Assembly (NCBI GenBank): GCA_964016885.1
Contig: OZ024741.1
Coordinates: forward strand, 42,036,001-42,100,000
DNA from: Eledone cirrhosa
Lineage: Eukaryota
Length of the DNA: 64,000 nucleotides
Reading direction: 5' to 3'
Made by a program: the position numbers and the translations under genes. Numbering within the stretch: the first letter of the stretch is position 1; each line of letters opens with the position of its first letter. The notes under the pieces are model-generated. The model made no database searches. It was not told the DNA's origin and saw nothing but the letters and a program-made list of their open reading frames with translations. Below are positions 1 through 11,712 of this stretch, in pieces.

Positions 1-3000
1 CGGACCACAAATTCGTGATCTGTGTGCTTGACTTAGATAGGCTTCATAGACGAGGACCCGGCTACTGGAAGCTAAACGCGTCCTTACCAGCGCGCAAGGC
101 CTACAGAGACCGGATTAGCGAACTAGTTAAGCGGGCGTTGACGGGGGCCATCGTCAACAACAAGTGGTGGTTTGCTCTGAAAAGAGCGATTAGAATAGAA
201 TCGATTAGGTTTAGTAAGGCTTTAGCAATAGAGAAAAATAGAGCAGAGGGAGAACTAGTTAGAAAATTAGACGAGGCGCTTAGCAAAGGCATTGCGACCG
301 ACGTGCTTGCGGCGAAATTGGCCCTTGACCAATTCTTCAATGCAAAGCACGAAGGCTGCGTTGTCAGAGCTAGGGTGCGTGCTCTCAGACACGAGGGGAC
401 GAAAGCCGTTCAATGGGCCCGAGTGGCGGAGGCGCGTCGTGGCAACAAAGCCACGATCCGGTCTTTGGTGGACCACGACGGGCGCATGCTACTCGATCCC
501 GGGCAAATGTGCGAAGCTTTTCAGCGACACTTCGCTCAGCTGTTCGGGGGCAGCGGGGGGCCGGGTAGAGGGATGGACTTTAGTGTCTACCTCGACGGAC
601 TGCCGCGGCTCTCGGCCACTGAGGCGAAGTGTTGCGAAAAGCCGATAACAGCCGCTGAAGTACGGGAGGCAATGACTGGCTGCACAAGGGGTAAATCGCC
701 TGGTTTGGATGGTCTGCCCTATGAACTTTACGTACAGATGCCAGACTTGTTCGGAGGCCTCTTGGCGGACGTCTACTGCAACTGGCAACAGAACGGGAGA
801 ATTCCCAGTTCTGTGAGCCGAGGAGCGGTGGCACTGCTGAGAAAGGATCCGAACAAGGGGGATAACATAGACAATTTCCGGCCCATAACTCTGCTAAACA
901 CAGAGTTTAAGATTTTGGCCAAGGTGCTAGCAAAGAGGTTGGCGCTTGTCGTTGGTGGTCTGGTGGGAGAGGCGCAGACATGCGCCATTCCCGACAGATC
1001 CATCCACGACAACCTCCACCTCATGCGATACATCGTAGAGAGGGTAGCTAGGGAACCTGGCACGGGTGGGTCCTTGATCAATTTAGATCAGTCGAAAGCT
1101 TTCGATAGGGTCGACCATCGTTACCTAGCGGCAGTCCTGAGGGCGGCTGGCTTTGGGCCCGTCTTCAGAGGCTGGATCGCTGCCATGCACAGCGACATCT
1201 GCTCTGTGGTGAGAGTGAACGGTCACCTGTCGGAACCGTTCAACATCATGCGCTCGGTCCGCCAAGGATGTCCCCTCTCGTCCCTCTTGTACGTATTGAC
1301 TCTCGAGCCATTACTGCACAAACTGGAGACGTTGAGGGGAGTCCCGCGCGAACTAGGATGCGGAAGATCCGTGTCAGCATATGCGGACGATGTCACCGTA
1401 GTGGTGTCGAACGCCAAACACATCGAGGCGATCGGCACTACACTAAGAGAATACGAAGCGGTGACAGGAGCAATGATCAACCAGGAAAAGTCAGTGGGCC
1501 TGCAGCTCGGCACCTGGAGAGGCAGGTCCATGCCGTCCAACAGCGTCGTCGGGCGCTGGACGGACGGACCGGTTAAATTGCTAGGGGTCTGGTTCGGTCC
1601 GGACCTCCAGATGGACAAAAACTGGGACGAGGTGACGAGCAGGGTGGCTTCTCTCACCCAGAAATGGGCGGAGAGGAAGCTATCCCTGAAAGGTCGAGCG
1701 GAGGTGGCTAACGCGTACATCGCGTCTGTCATCTGCTACCGCCTAACCGTCGTACCTTGTCCTAAGCCTCGCCTGACTGCGCTGGAGCGTTTGCTCTTTC
1801 GCTTTTTGTGGAAGGGACGTGCTCCGATGGTCAGGCGGTCCATCTGTTGTCAACACCCGCTACGTGGAGGGCTGGGCATGCCGTGGCTGATGATGCGCAG
1901 GCACGCGCTCAGGCTACGACATCTCCACCTCTTCCTCGACGGTGATCAGGTGTGGTCGCCGTTTGCTAGACGCGTTTTTCCCCAACTCGTTTCCTTGACG
2001 GAGCTGCAGTCCTGGGTCAAGCGAAGACCGAGAGGGAGCGCCTGGAGACTGGAATGTCTTCAGGCGCTCACAGCCCTCGACCAATCGGGCAATGTGATCG
2101 GTGGAAACTCCACCTCGGCGTTCTATAGAGGATTAGTGGAGGGGAAGAGCGACGACGTACTTGGGGAAACTCTAGGCGTCGACGAAAATCAACTAGCCAA
2201 TCTCTTCGGAAGAACTTTCGGGCCGGGGCCTATGGACAACTTCCAGAAATCTCTGGCCTGGCAGTGCTACCGAGGAGCTTTGCCAGTTCGGGATAAACTC
2301 TACAGGCATGGAGGTGCCGTCAGCCGGGCATGTCCGAGATGCGCGCAGGGCGACGAAACCGTCCTGCACGCACTCGTCCAGTGTCCGAAAATTGCTGACT
2401 TGTGGGTTTATGTCGAACACCTGCTGTCGCGTTTAGGACGGATCCAGCTATCATCTGAGTCTATCGTGAGGATTGCCCCGCCCTCCTCCTTTAGCCGGGA
2501 AGGGCAGGCAGTTTTTATCTGTCTGGTGGCCATGGCGAAAGAGATAGTATGGTGGACACGTTTGAAAGGGCTGAAGACGAGCACTTACCTCTTCGGTGAT
2601 GCTCTGATTGACTTTTTCAAATTTCATTTGAAAAGGAAAATCAGAGTAGAGAAGGAAGTGCTCTCTTCCCAGCATTTTGTTGAAAGATGGGTGAGAGAAG
2701 CAAGAATGGCCCGAGTGAATGGGCCGACTCTGAGTATATATCTGTAAACTAAAGGTGGAAAACTGGGAGAGGGCACTTGCCTTGGTGGTCAGGGTCATTG
2801 TGGCTTTTTACTGGGCTTTCTCCACAAATGTCCCTCCGAAGTCTCCCCCCTATTGGGGAATTTTTCATTGTTATTTTCATTGTTATTTTTGTTACATCCT
2901 CTGTTTTTGTTTTTTTTACACGCAGAAATGCCCATTTGTACCGTCCTGCATTGTCCTGCACTGTCCTTAATGTCTACTTTATGTAAACCCTTGTGGTTAA

Positions 3001-3008
3001 TAAAGAAA

Positions 3009-3010
<2 letters not shown>
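1..3010 (+). mobile_element. Non-LTR retrotransposon of the L1/Tx1 clade (5' part outside window)
   Basis: Long GC-rich ORF2, then a 3' UTR with AATAAA at 2999-3004 running into an (ATT)n tract. Confidence 0.9.
15..2747 (+). CDS. Tx1/L1-type ORF2 (end of APE endonuclease region, reverse transcriptase, C-terminal CCHC finger); true start probably upstream of window
   Basis: GPGYWKLN, KSPGLDG, FRPITLLNTEFKI, LDQSKAFDRV, VRQGCPLS, YADD and CPRC..ETVLHALVQC motifs; no stop over 910 aa. Confidence 0.92.
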   Translation: MICVLDLDRLHRRGPGYWKLNASLPARKAYRDRISELVKRALTGAIVNNKWWFALKRAIRIESIRFSKALAIEKNRAEGELVRKLDEALSKGIATDVLAAKLALDQFFNAKHEGCVVRARVRALRHEGTKAVQWARVAEARRGNKATIRSLVDHDGRMLLDPGQMCEAFQRHFAQLFGGSGGPGRGMDFSVYLDGLPRLSATEAKCCEKPITAAEVREAMTGCTRGKSPGLDGLPYELYVQMPDLFGGLLADVYCNWQQNGRIPSSVSRGAVALLRKDPNKGDNIDNFRPITLLNTEFKILAKVLAKRLALVVGGLVGEAQTCAIPDRSIHDNLHLMRYIVERVAREPGTGGSLINLDQSKAFDRVDHRYLAAVLRAAGFGPVFRGWIAAMHSDICSVVRVNGHLSEPFNIMRSVRQGCPLSSLLYVLTLEPLLHKLETLRGVPRELGCGRSVSAYADDVTVVVSNAKHIEAIGTTLREYEAVTGAMINQEKSVGLQLGTWRGRSMPSNSVVGRWTDGPVKLLGVWFGPDLQMDKNWDEVTSRVASLTQKWAERKLSLKGRAEVANAYIASVICYRLTVVPCPKPRLTALERLLFRFLWKGRAPMVRRSICCQHPLRGGLGMPWLMMRRHALRLRHLHLFLDGDQVWSPFARRVFPQLVSLTELQSWVKRRPRGSAWRLECLQALTALDQSGNVIGGNSTSAFYRGLVEGKSDDVLGETLGVDENQLANLFGRTFGPGPMDNFQKSLAWQCYRGALPVRDKLYRHGGAVSRACPRCAQGDETVLHALVQCPKIADLWVYVEHLLSRLGRIQLSSESIVRIAPPSSFSREGQAVFICLVAMAKEIVWWTRLKGLKTSTYLFGDALIDFFKFHLKRKIRVEKEVLSSQHFVERWVREARMARVNGPTLSIYL

Positions 3011-3046
<36 letters not shown>

Positions 3047-3128
3047 ATAATAATAATAATAATAATTATTATTATTATTATTATTATCATTGTTGTTATT
3101 GTTGTTGTTGTTATCATTATTATTATTT
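3011..3128. repeat. (ATT)n/(AAT)n/(GTT)n microsatellite
   Basis: Directly visible. Confidence 0.95.
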
Positions 3129-3228
3129 GACACTTCCTTTGAATTCTGCTTCTTTCACAAATCATACCAAGTGTCAATCTGACACCCATTGTGGCCAGTA
3201 AATGAAACAATTATTATTATTATTTCAT

Positions 3229-3420
3229 CGGTGAATTGGCAGTATTGGTAGAGGGTTGGACGTCATGCTTTCTAGCATAGGAACGTCCCTTTACGGTCTG
3301 TGTTCAAATCCCATCGAGGTTAACTTTGCCTTTCATCCTTACTGGGTCAATAAAATAAAGTACCAGTAATGTACTGGGTAATTGCTGGCCTTGTGCCAAA
3401 AGTAGAAACAATTATTATTA
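3229..3420 (+). mobile_element. tRNA-derived SINE family 1; further copies at 4050-4225(+), 4231-4420(+), ~20860-20990(-), 23801-23985(+), 33250-33372(+), 42281-42468(-), 61972-62148(-)
   Basis: A-box-like TGGCAGTATTGG, B box GTTCAAATCC, shared central domain ctttgcctttcatccttacggggtcgataaaataaagtaccagt and tail gtagaaacaatt; at least 8 copies in the window. Confidence 0.85.
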
Positions 3421-3489
3421 TTATTTTGATATATCAGTCATTGTTGTTATTTAACTGGAAAATTTTGCCCTAATGAACATCAAGCTGCT

Positions 3490-3730
3490 ACCTGCAGCCT
3501 CAGATATTCAGGATGTATCAGAGGGTCCTTGCTGTTCCCAATAGGCATGCCTTCTGGAGGGTTCCAAAACATGGGGCTGAACAAAAATTCTTTAACCAGC
3601 CTTGGAAGTTCTTTGATATAGTACCTAGTGCTCCTATGATTATGAGGATGACTTTGATCTCATAACAATCCTAAATCCTATTCAGTTTCCACTTTAGATC
3701 CTAGAACCTATTAATTTGCTCCTCTTGATG
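3490..3730 (-). pseudogene. Decayed 3' end of a restriction-like-endonuclease LINE (R4/Dong/NeSL type)
   Basis: Minus-strand translation gives DLKWKLNRI..IKVILIIIGALGTISKNF and LQKACLLGTARTL, with internal stops. Confidence 0.65.
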
Positions 3731-4417
3731 GGTTTGTACTTAATCTACATCAGCATCTTGGGTGTGAAGTGGTAATTGGCTGTGCAGAGGTTTTTGTTAC
3801 CATCTATCTCTAAATGTTTTCAGCTTTGGCTTGCTTTTGTGGATATTTGCTGTCTCAGTTGTAATTGGGTCATCTTCCTTATTTAGGTCTATGTCATCAG
3901 TTTATAGTTCACTCCTGTACTTTCCTGCCTCTTTGAGTACTGAATGGAGTTTCTTTTGGGTTTCATGTCTTACTAACACCATCATCTATTCATTGGTGCT
4001 CTCTCAGTATGTTTGTAAGCCTATTGTAGCTATTTTATATAACAGTGCCAGTTGTATTAAGTTACGGCCTTTTACATTCTGAGTTCAAATCCTGCTAAGG
4101 TTAGGTTTACCTTTCATCCTTACAGGGTCAAACTAAAGTACCAGTAATGCACGGGGGTCGATTTAATAGCTTTTCCCCTGCCCCAAAATTGTTGGTTATG
4201 TGTCTAAATCAGAAACCATTATTACTTAATTGGCGGTAAATTGGCAGTATCTGTAGAGGGTTGGACACCATGCATTCTAGCATAGTTACGTCCCTTTACA
4301 GTTTAAGTTCAAATCCCGCCGAGGTTAACTTTGCCTTTCATCCTTACGGGGTCGATAAAATAAAGTACCAGTAATATAGTGGTTAATTGCTGGCCTTGTG
4401 CCTAAAGTAGAAACAAT

Positions 4418-4610
4418 TATTACTTAACAAGCATTATTAAGTAGTATTACTTAACAAGTGTTATTACTTAACAAGTATTATTACTTGACAAGTGTTATTA
4501 CTTAACAAGTGTTATTACTTAACAAGTACTATAACTTAACAAGTATTATTACATAACAAGTGTTATTACTTAACAAATATTATTACTTAAGTGTTATTAC
4601 TTAACTTCTA
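4418..4610. repeat. 17-bp minisatellite (ttattacttaacaagtg), about 11 copies, directly after a SINE tail
   Basis: Directly visible. Confidence 0.85.
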
Positions 4611-5104
4611 TTAACAGTATGCAGGTGTGTGCCACATATATTCTAGCCATTAGAAAAAGCAAAATGAATACTTCACCTTTGAAGGGGGGGGGGGGGAAAC
4701 TCAACAAACAAAGAAGTATTTTTTTATAATTTACACACACAAAATGAATTTCGTATCCTTGTCATGTTGCAACTGTAAGTTTGCTTTCAAATCCCTAAGT
4801 CTTGAATTCTAACTCTACAATTTTTGTTCCTGTAAATAGATTAAAAAGGGAATTTATGAAAAACGCCACCTGCGTTTTTTTGTGGGTCAAAGGCTGAAAC
4901 CAAAACATTATAAACATAAAGAAGATGCAACTTATCTAGCACTGTGAGTATATATTGTATGATAACACTAATCTCTTTTTACCCTGGCTTTATTTTGGAA
5001 AGAATAAAGAATTACCATTTAACTCCTGCTTCATTCTATTCCAATCCAGTATTAGCTGACTTACATATATATGTATATAAGTATGGGCTTTGTATTCATT
5101 ATTA

Positions 5105-5197
<93 letters not shown>

Positions 5198-5201
<4 letters not shown>

Positions 5202-5629
5202 TAAACGGAATAGAAAATGCTGGCAAATTGTTCACAGTTGAAAAATGGTTTAATTAGGAATAAAAGAGTATTAGTGATTGTATGGGTTAGTATTCAGTTG
5301 TGGTTTTAAGTTTTTAAGTTTTTACCGGTTGCGCATTTCTAAATGCTTTTCAAAAATAATTTTGAGATAGAGTGTCCGTGCTGTTTGCTCTGACCTGATC
5401 AGAGCAAACAGCACGGACACTCTATCTCAAAATTATTTTTGAAAAGCATTTAGAAATGCGCAACCGGTAAAAACTTAAAAACTTAAAACCACAACTGAAT
5501 ACTAACCCATACAATCACTAATACTCTTTTATTCCTAATTAAACCATTTTTCAACTGTGAACAATTTGCCAGCATTTTCTATTCCGTTTACCAATATATA
5601 ATAACTTGTGTGTTACACCTCTATTCTTT

Positions 5630-5633
<4 letters not shown>
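5198..5633. repeat. Perfect fold-back palindrome (196-bp arms 5198-5393 and 5399-5594, 5-nt loop) with a one-sided tail, between (TA)n tracts; probably derived from a Penelope-like terminus
   Basis: Arms read as exact reverse complements; centre ctctga-cctga-tcagag. Confidence 0.85.
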
Positions 5634-5682
<49 letters not shown>

Positions 5683-5684
<2 letters not shown>

Positions 5685-5873
5685 CGAAGGAATTGTGGTC
5701 AGGTACCATATGGACCATAACGCACCAGAGTACTCAATACTTAGGGTAGTAGAGTGGGTAATAGGAGAAAGTATGACCACGACGGCAGAGCTCAAGCCGT
5801 TTCGACAGCTATTTCTGGACCAGAAATAGCCGTCGAAATGGCTCGAGCTCTGCCGTCGCGGTCATACTTTCTC

Positions 5874-5876
<3 letters not shown>
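5683..5876 (-). mobile_element. Penelope-like terminal fragment (family B) with fold-back; HHR 3' half on both arms
   Basis: Homologous to 15772-15960, 22863-22920 and 49250-49385; contains GAAA-CGGC..GAGCUC..GCCG-UC; inversion centre ~5820. Confidence 0.7.
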
Positions 5877-5919
<43 letters not shown>

Positions 5920-5959
5920 CGATATTAATAAATGGAAACTATATTTATAAAACCATATT

Positions 5960-6024
5960 TATTTCATTATACATATTTCAGGGATACCACATTAAATTAT
6001 GGTATGCCTTCATCAGACAAAATA
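5960..6024 (-). ncRNA. Type I hammerhead ribozyme (Penelope-type, short near-palindromic stem III)
   Basis: UAUUUUGU-CUGAUGA-[AGGCAUACCAUA/UGUGGUAUCCCU]-GAAA-UAUGUA-UA^AUGAAAUA; stems I and II pair. Confidence 0.75.
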
Positions 6025-6218
6025 CAATATATAACAGTTTTACAAATAGCTTTGACGTACCCTTTTAAAATGCAACCATTACTTTTGGAGGCTGTCTACT
6101 CCAAAAACTTGTCGAGTGCTTTATATCAGTTATAAAAATATTTACTTGTTGTATCCCAACAACTTTAAATAGAACTTTTGCATATATATATATATATATA
6201 TATAGATATATATATATA

Positions 6219-6455
6219 TGGAATAGAATGAAACGAAATTTCATTTCTCACTCTTATACGGCACTTACTTAAATGTAAGTATGTATGTATGTATACGTAC
6301 ATACAAATATGTATACAGACGTACAGTAGTATGTATATATATACACATATATATATGCACGTATCGGTTTACCGAACATTTATTATAATGCTCGGTTTGT
6401 AAGTAAGTGCCGTACTAAGAGTGAGAAATGAAATTTCGTTTCATTCTATTCCATT
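6219..6455. repeat. ~55-bp inverted repeat pair (6219-6272 and 6400-6453) around a microsatellite-like spacer
   Basis: ggaatagaatgaaacgaaatttcatttctcactctt and its reverse complement. Confidence 0.75.
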
Positions 6456-6762
6456 TATCGTTTTCGGTGTGCCCGGCCGACTGAACTCACTCGAGTGTAC
6501 AATGCAAGAGCCAATACAGTCAATAATGCATGTATGAGGAAAGAGTTATAATGCAGTTGAAATAAACGTATTTTGTGTGAGGTGTTAAAGCATGTTATAT
6601 TTGTTATAAACATTTAAGATAGTGTGCAATTTGTTAGAGAGGCGTGTGGTGATAATGTAGGTATTTTTTATGTAAGGTGTAATGTAAAGCACTAGATAGA
6701 GTTGGGTATGTCATTTTCATTTAAGTGTTTTTGTGTTGTAGTTCGTATTTATATGCATATGA

Positions 6763-6800
<38 letters not shown>

Positions 6801-7099
6801 CAACTAGAAATAGATTGACATATATATATAAAATAAACATATGGAACAATCACAGGGAATAATTTGTAAAGAATGAAAGCACACATAGCTAGGTAGGTAA
6901 CTAATTTAAGTTTAACTAGACCTTCAAATATACATACCTTTTAAAATGATTAATCTCCTTTGTATATATTTCTTTAAGTAAAAAATATATTTCACCAATT
7001 ATCAGTAAATCACAGTAGTCAAATCCCTGGATGGTCACCAAAGGAGAAGAAATAACTATCTGCGTTTACAAAACAAATGCAAATATATATATATATATA

Positions 7100-7515
7100 T
7101 AATTCTTTTCTTTCGCACGCTTCGTCAGGCTGGTTCGCCTTTTTTCTCTCTCTCGTCTACGATTTCACAGAACTTATGTTCACCGAATTCACAGACTAGA
7201 CCCCTTCTTCCTCCCGTTAGACCTGTACGGAATTCCTTCCTTGCCCACATTCCAACCAGGTTTGATGGTTTTTATTCTCTCTCGTTTACGATTTCACCGA
7301 ACTTATATTCATGGAAATTTGGGACTTGACTCGTTCTTCCTCATTTTTCGTTGCTTCACCATCTTTATTTGTTCACACTCTCGCTGTTCCCTTTATTTAC
7401 GTGTCCCAACGACTTTTTTTAGCCGTTGCTCGCACCAACCGGAGGTATATGATCTTTAAAGCGAAGTAATACCTGTGATGGTTGGAAGATCACTGATGAA
7501 GGACCACTTTATTCA
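7100..7515 (+). mobile_element. Interspersed element ending ctgatgaaggac..ttattca(TA)n; inverted copy at 8608-8735; possibly Penelope-related
   Basis: 7390-7515 matches the reverse complement of 8608-8733; both abut (TA)n. Confidence 0.5.
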
Positions 7516-7532
7516 TATATATATATATATAT

Positions 7533-7915
7533 ATACAATATATTAACAAATGGAAACTATATTTATAACACCATATTTATTTCATTATACATATTTCAAG
7601 GACACTAAAGCAAATTATGGTGCGCTTCCGTCAGATAAAATATAATAAAATATAATATAATAAAATATAATATAATATAAAATATAATATGATATAGATC
7701 AGTTTTATAAACAAATATTGACATACCATTAAAGAATGCGACCAACCGACATGGTCGCATTCTTTAAGGGTATGTCAATATTTGTTTATAAAACTGATCT
7801 ATATTATATTTTATCTGATGAAAGCGCACCATAATTTGCTTTGGTATCCTTGAAATATGTATAATGAAATAAATATGGTTTTATAAATATAGTTTCCATT
7901 TGTTAATATATTGTA
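7533..7915. repeat. Fold-back palindrome of the same family as 5920-6075, with an HHR on each arm
   Basis: Arms ~7533-7745 and ~7753-7915; HHRs at 7578-7642(-, core CUGACGG) and 7807-7871(+). Confidence 0.8.
7807..7871 (+). ncRNA. Type I hammerhead ribozyme
   Basis: UAUUUUAU-CUGAUGA-[AAGCGCACCA/UGGUAUCCUU]-GAAA-UAUGUA-UA^AUGAAAUA; 8-bp stem I. Confidence 0.75.
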
Positions 7916-8016
7916 TATATATATATATATATGAATAAAGGTTGTGTGTTCAATTCTCAAATTGCACACTATCTTAAATGTTTATAAAAAATAGAACTTT
8001 TTGATCTCCTAGGAAT

Positions 8017-8310
8017 TTGAACAAGACACTTTATTTCACATTGCTCCAGTTTACTCAGCTGTAGAAATGAGATGATAGGACACTGCAAAAATGGTTGTGG
8101 AGATGCCACGGCAAAAAGAAAAGTACCCAGCCCACACTGTAAAGTGGACGTGTAGGCACCACGGTCAAAAAGCACCCAGCACTCACTGTAAATGAGGTTG
8201 GTGTTAGGAAGGGCATCCAGCTGTGGAAATCTAGCCAGAATCAGTTCCCGTCCCACCCTTGCAAGCAGGGAAAAGCGGGCGTAAAATGAAATGATGATGA
8301 TGGTGATGAT
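8017..8310 (+). mobile_element. 5'-truncated SINE family 2 (CORE-like domain plus RTE-type tail)
   Basis: Matches 34050-34310; ends in (ATG)n. Confidence 0.8.
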
Positions 8311-8368
8311 AATATATATTATAAAATAACAGGATGCTGGACTGGTGTAATTCCTTAAAAAGTTTATT

Positions 8369-8426
8369 ATACTATGATCATTTCAGTGACCGGCTTCAAT
8401 ATGAATCCGGTGACATCATAAGGTAT
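8369..8426 (-). ncRNA. Degenerate type I HHR (core CUUAUGA, G5U) in a Penelope-like terminus followed by AAUAAA
   Basis: AUAC-CUUAUGA-..ACCGG/CCGGU..-GAAA-UGAUCA-UA^GUAU; palindromic stem III. Confidence 0.6.
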
Positions 8427-8578
8427 TCAAAAATATAACAAAGGAATACAATAGACAAAATCCATGGGTCGGAAGACGGGTGAGTTGCATTACGTTGAGT
8501 GCTCTCCCTAATATTACATCGAGGTTGACCATACGAAATGACCAGTTCTATCCAGTGGTGAACCAACAAACCTAAATA

Positions 8579-8609
<31 letters not shown>

Positions 8610-8843
8610 GAATAAATTTAGTCCTTCATCGGTGATCTTCCAACCTTCATTGGTATTTCATCGCTTGAAAGACCATATACCTCCGGTTGGTGCGAGCAAC
8701 GGCTAAAGAAAGTCGTTGGGACACGTAAATAAGGTACAACCATTTCACAGATAGGTGGCTCATGATCCATGTTAATGTTATAGATCTGACTCCAACTCGG
8801 TCTGCTCATCAAACTTGTTAATCAAGCAAAACCAACATATATA

Positions 8844-10926
8844 TCTCCTTATAATATATAACCAGCAATTTCTCTGTCTGCCTGTCCGACAGTGGAAACA
8901 CGTGCGCGCGTGGTTGCTCTCTCTCTCTCTCTCCAGCTATCCCTCTCTTTTAGTCTGTCTGTTTCTCTCACTCTCACTCTTTCTCTTTGTAACACTCTAA
9001 CATTCCTCCCCTCTATCGCTGTGACGAATGGGGAGATGGAGGAGAAGGAGGAGGAGGAGAGAGTCACTTCGTCACTTCACCTCTGCCTTTCTTTCTCTCC
9101 CCTCTCACTCCCTCATTACGTACAGATAAACTGTAGTTATATTTACTCTAAAAAATTTTATTTCATTAATTTAATGAAAGGTTATATTTACTTCTGTATT
9201 TACTTATTTTGATATATAGTTTCCTTTTAATGATAGTCTATATATTATTAATCAACATATTTCATATTTAATATATTTTAGCAAGCTACTCAAAAAGAAA
9301 AGAAATGTTTACGGACAATGTAAACAAAAGGAAGATAACTCATTCACCATATACTAACATTTATAACTTATCTCTACTCTCGCGTCCATATCTACTTATA
9401 TATATAACCAGCAATTTCTCTGTCTGTATGTCTGTCCGACAGTGGAAACACGTGCGTAGAGAGAGAGTGAGAGTGAAAGAAAGAGACAGACTACGAGAGG
9501 GGGATAGAGAGAGTGAATAGATGCTAAAACACGTGCTACAGAAACATTACCTTCCCCTCTCCACTGACTTTGGTCACTGAGGCCGAGGGAATCGCTGGTT
9601 GCTATAGAGACACCTTGCACAAGCCAGAAGTAACCAGTTCGAGGCGGTTCTGACTTGACACCATGCGAAGAAGGTTGCCATTGAATTTGTGGCTGTTGCT
9701 GCTGATAATAAGGACCATTTGAAGAAGGTTGCTGCTGATGAGGTAATTTATTAATCAGATTGCGCAGTTCCATAACCTACGTTTGATTTGTTCAATTTTT
9801 TCTTCAATTTTTTTTGTTGTTTTTTTTTTATTTCTTATTGAAAAAATATAAATAATAAAATAAGGTTAGAAATTTAAATACAATTAAATATGATTTAATT
9901 TCCATTTCCAGCAGCCATTGTCCAGTGTTCAATTTCATGAAAAAATTGGAAATAATTCAAAAAATTGAAGTTTAACTTTTGAACATTTGTTTTGACAATA
10001 AAAAAATATTTCCTTATTCACACCTAATGGTATGATTAAAATTTCATAGGAATATTTTTTTCTAACCGCCAGTTATTTAAATATTATTAAAAATAATTTT
10101 TTTTTTTAAAAGAATGGAAGATTTTGTGGATTTTTTTACCACCTTCCAAGCCTTAAACACTAATTCTCGCGAATTTGTGTTTTGTAATGACCCTCAGGAC
10201 GCTGCTATTGTTGATTCCAATAGTCCCTGGTATTCGAATATGTTAGTATACAATTTTTTGAATAAAATTAAGGCGCAATCAGAGCTGCCAAACATAATTT
10301 TTTTCGGCTTCGGCCCATATTATATATATATATAATGGGGATGATGATGATGATATACATAGTTACATATGTATATGTAATCTCCTTATAATATATAACC
10401 AGCAATTTCTCTGTCTGTCTGTCCGACAGTGGAAACACGTGCGCGCGTGCGAATGTTTTTTGCGCACGCGTAGAGAGAGAGTGAGAGTGAAAGAAAGAGA
10501 AGACTACGAGAGGGGGATAGCGGGAGGGAGAGAGAGAGTGAATAGACGCTAAAACACGTGCGCGCGTGCGAATGTTTTTTGCGGACGCGTAGATAGAGAG
10601 TGAGAGTGAAAGAAAGAGACAGACTACAAGAGGGGGATAGCGGGAGGGAGAGAGGGGGAATTGAGGAGTGCTACAGAAACATATATACATTTCTGTGTGT
10701 GTGTAATATATATATATATACACACACAGAAATATATATATATATACACACAGAAATATATATACATTTCTGTGTGTGTAATATATATATATATACACAC
10801 AGAAATATATATACATTTCTGTGTGTGTTATATATATATATACACACAGAAATATATATACATTTCTGTATGTATAATATATATATATACTAGCAGAATA
10901 CCACCCGGTGGGTGGTTTTCTGCTAG
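8844..10926 (+). mobile_element. Cluster of non-autonomous Helitron-like 5' termini (8844, 9391, 10381); the last unit ends in a hairpin plus CTAG at 10926
   Basis: Repeated TC(T/C)..ttata(a)tatataaccagcaatttctctgtctg..ccgacagtggaaacacgtg start; terminal palindrome 10889-10927. Confidence 0.55.
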
Positions 10927-11712
10927 TCTATATATATAAAACTGAGGATGTCTGTGTGTGTGTGTGAGTTTGAATCCCTAAAACTCGAGAACCATCCAAC
11001 CGACTGTTTTCAAACTTTACACATGTAATACTCATGTTTCAGGGAGTATTCTGAGCAAAACAAAATATCAAATTTTCAATGCCCTAGGGACCACATTAGG
11101 CCATTTAACGATCTCTCACTATAATTCTTAATATTTCTCTTTTTAGATAGATACATACATATAACGTCGCGCCCTTATAATATCTGTCTGTATGTCTGGA
11201 TGTCTGCATTACGTCACTTCCCTGAGGATGTCTGCCTGTGTGTGTGTGTGTCTGTGAGTTTGAATCCCTAAAACTCGAGAAGTACCCAACCGATTTTTTC
11301 AAACGTTACATGTGTATTACTTGTTTCAGGGAGTGTTATGCACATTAAAAATTCAACTTTTTGATCTCCTAGAGCCCGCATTAGGTGAAAACTGCGTTTT
11401 TAAAGCTTTTTAGGGTTTTTTTGGGGCGTTACCTCATACCGATTTCCTTGAAATTTTAACTATGTATTAGTCAGTCTCTTCTTCATACCGTGAGCAAAGA
11501 AAATCCAACTTTTTTATGGCCTAGGGCCCGCAGCAGGTAAAAGTCTAAATTTTTCTTGTTTCATCGAGGAAAATCTTAAAGATTATCCAGCCATCAGAGT
11601 ATTCGGTCTATTTTCTTTACATGTTGTCCAGGCATGCAGTTTTTCCACGATTAGGTCTGTTGGCGGCCCGCGTTCCAAAGTACCTTATCCCGTGCAACGC
11701 CGGGTACCACTG

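Noticed and set aside
7445-7505. CUGAUGA box preceded by a stem-I-like hairpin
   Set aside because: No matching GAAA or stem II partner found in either copy.
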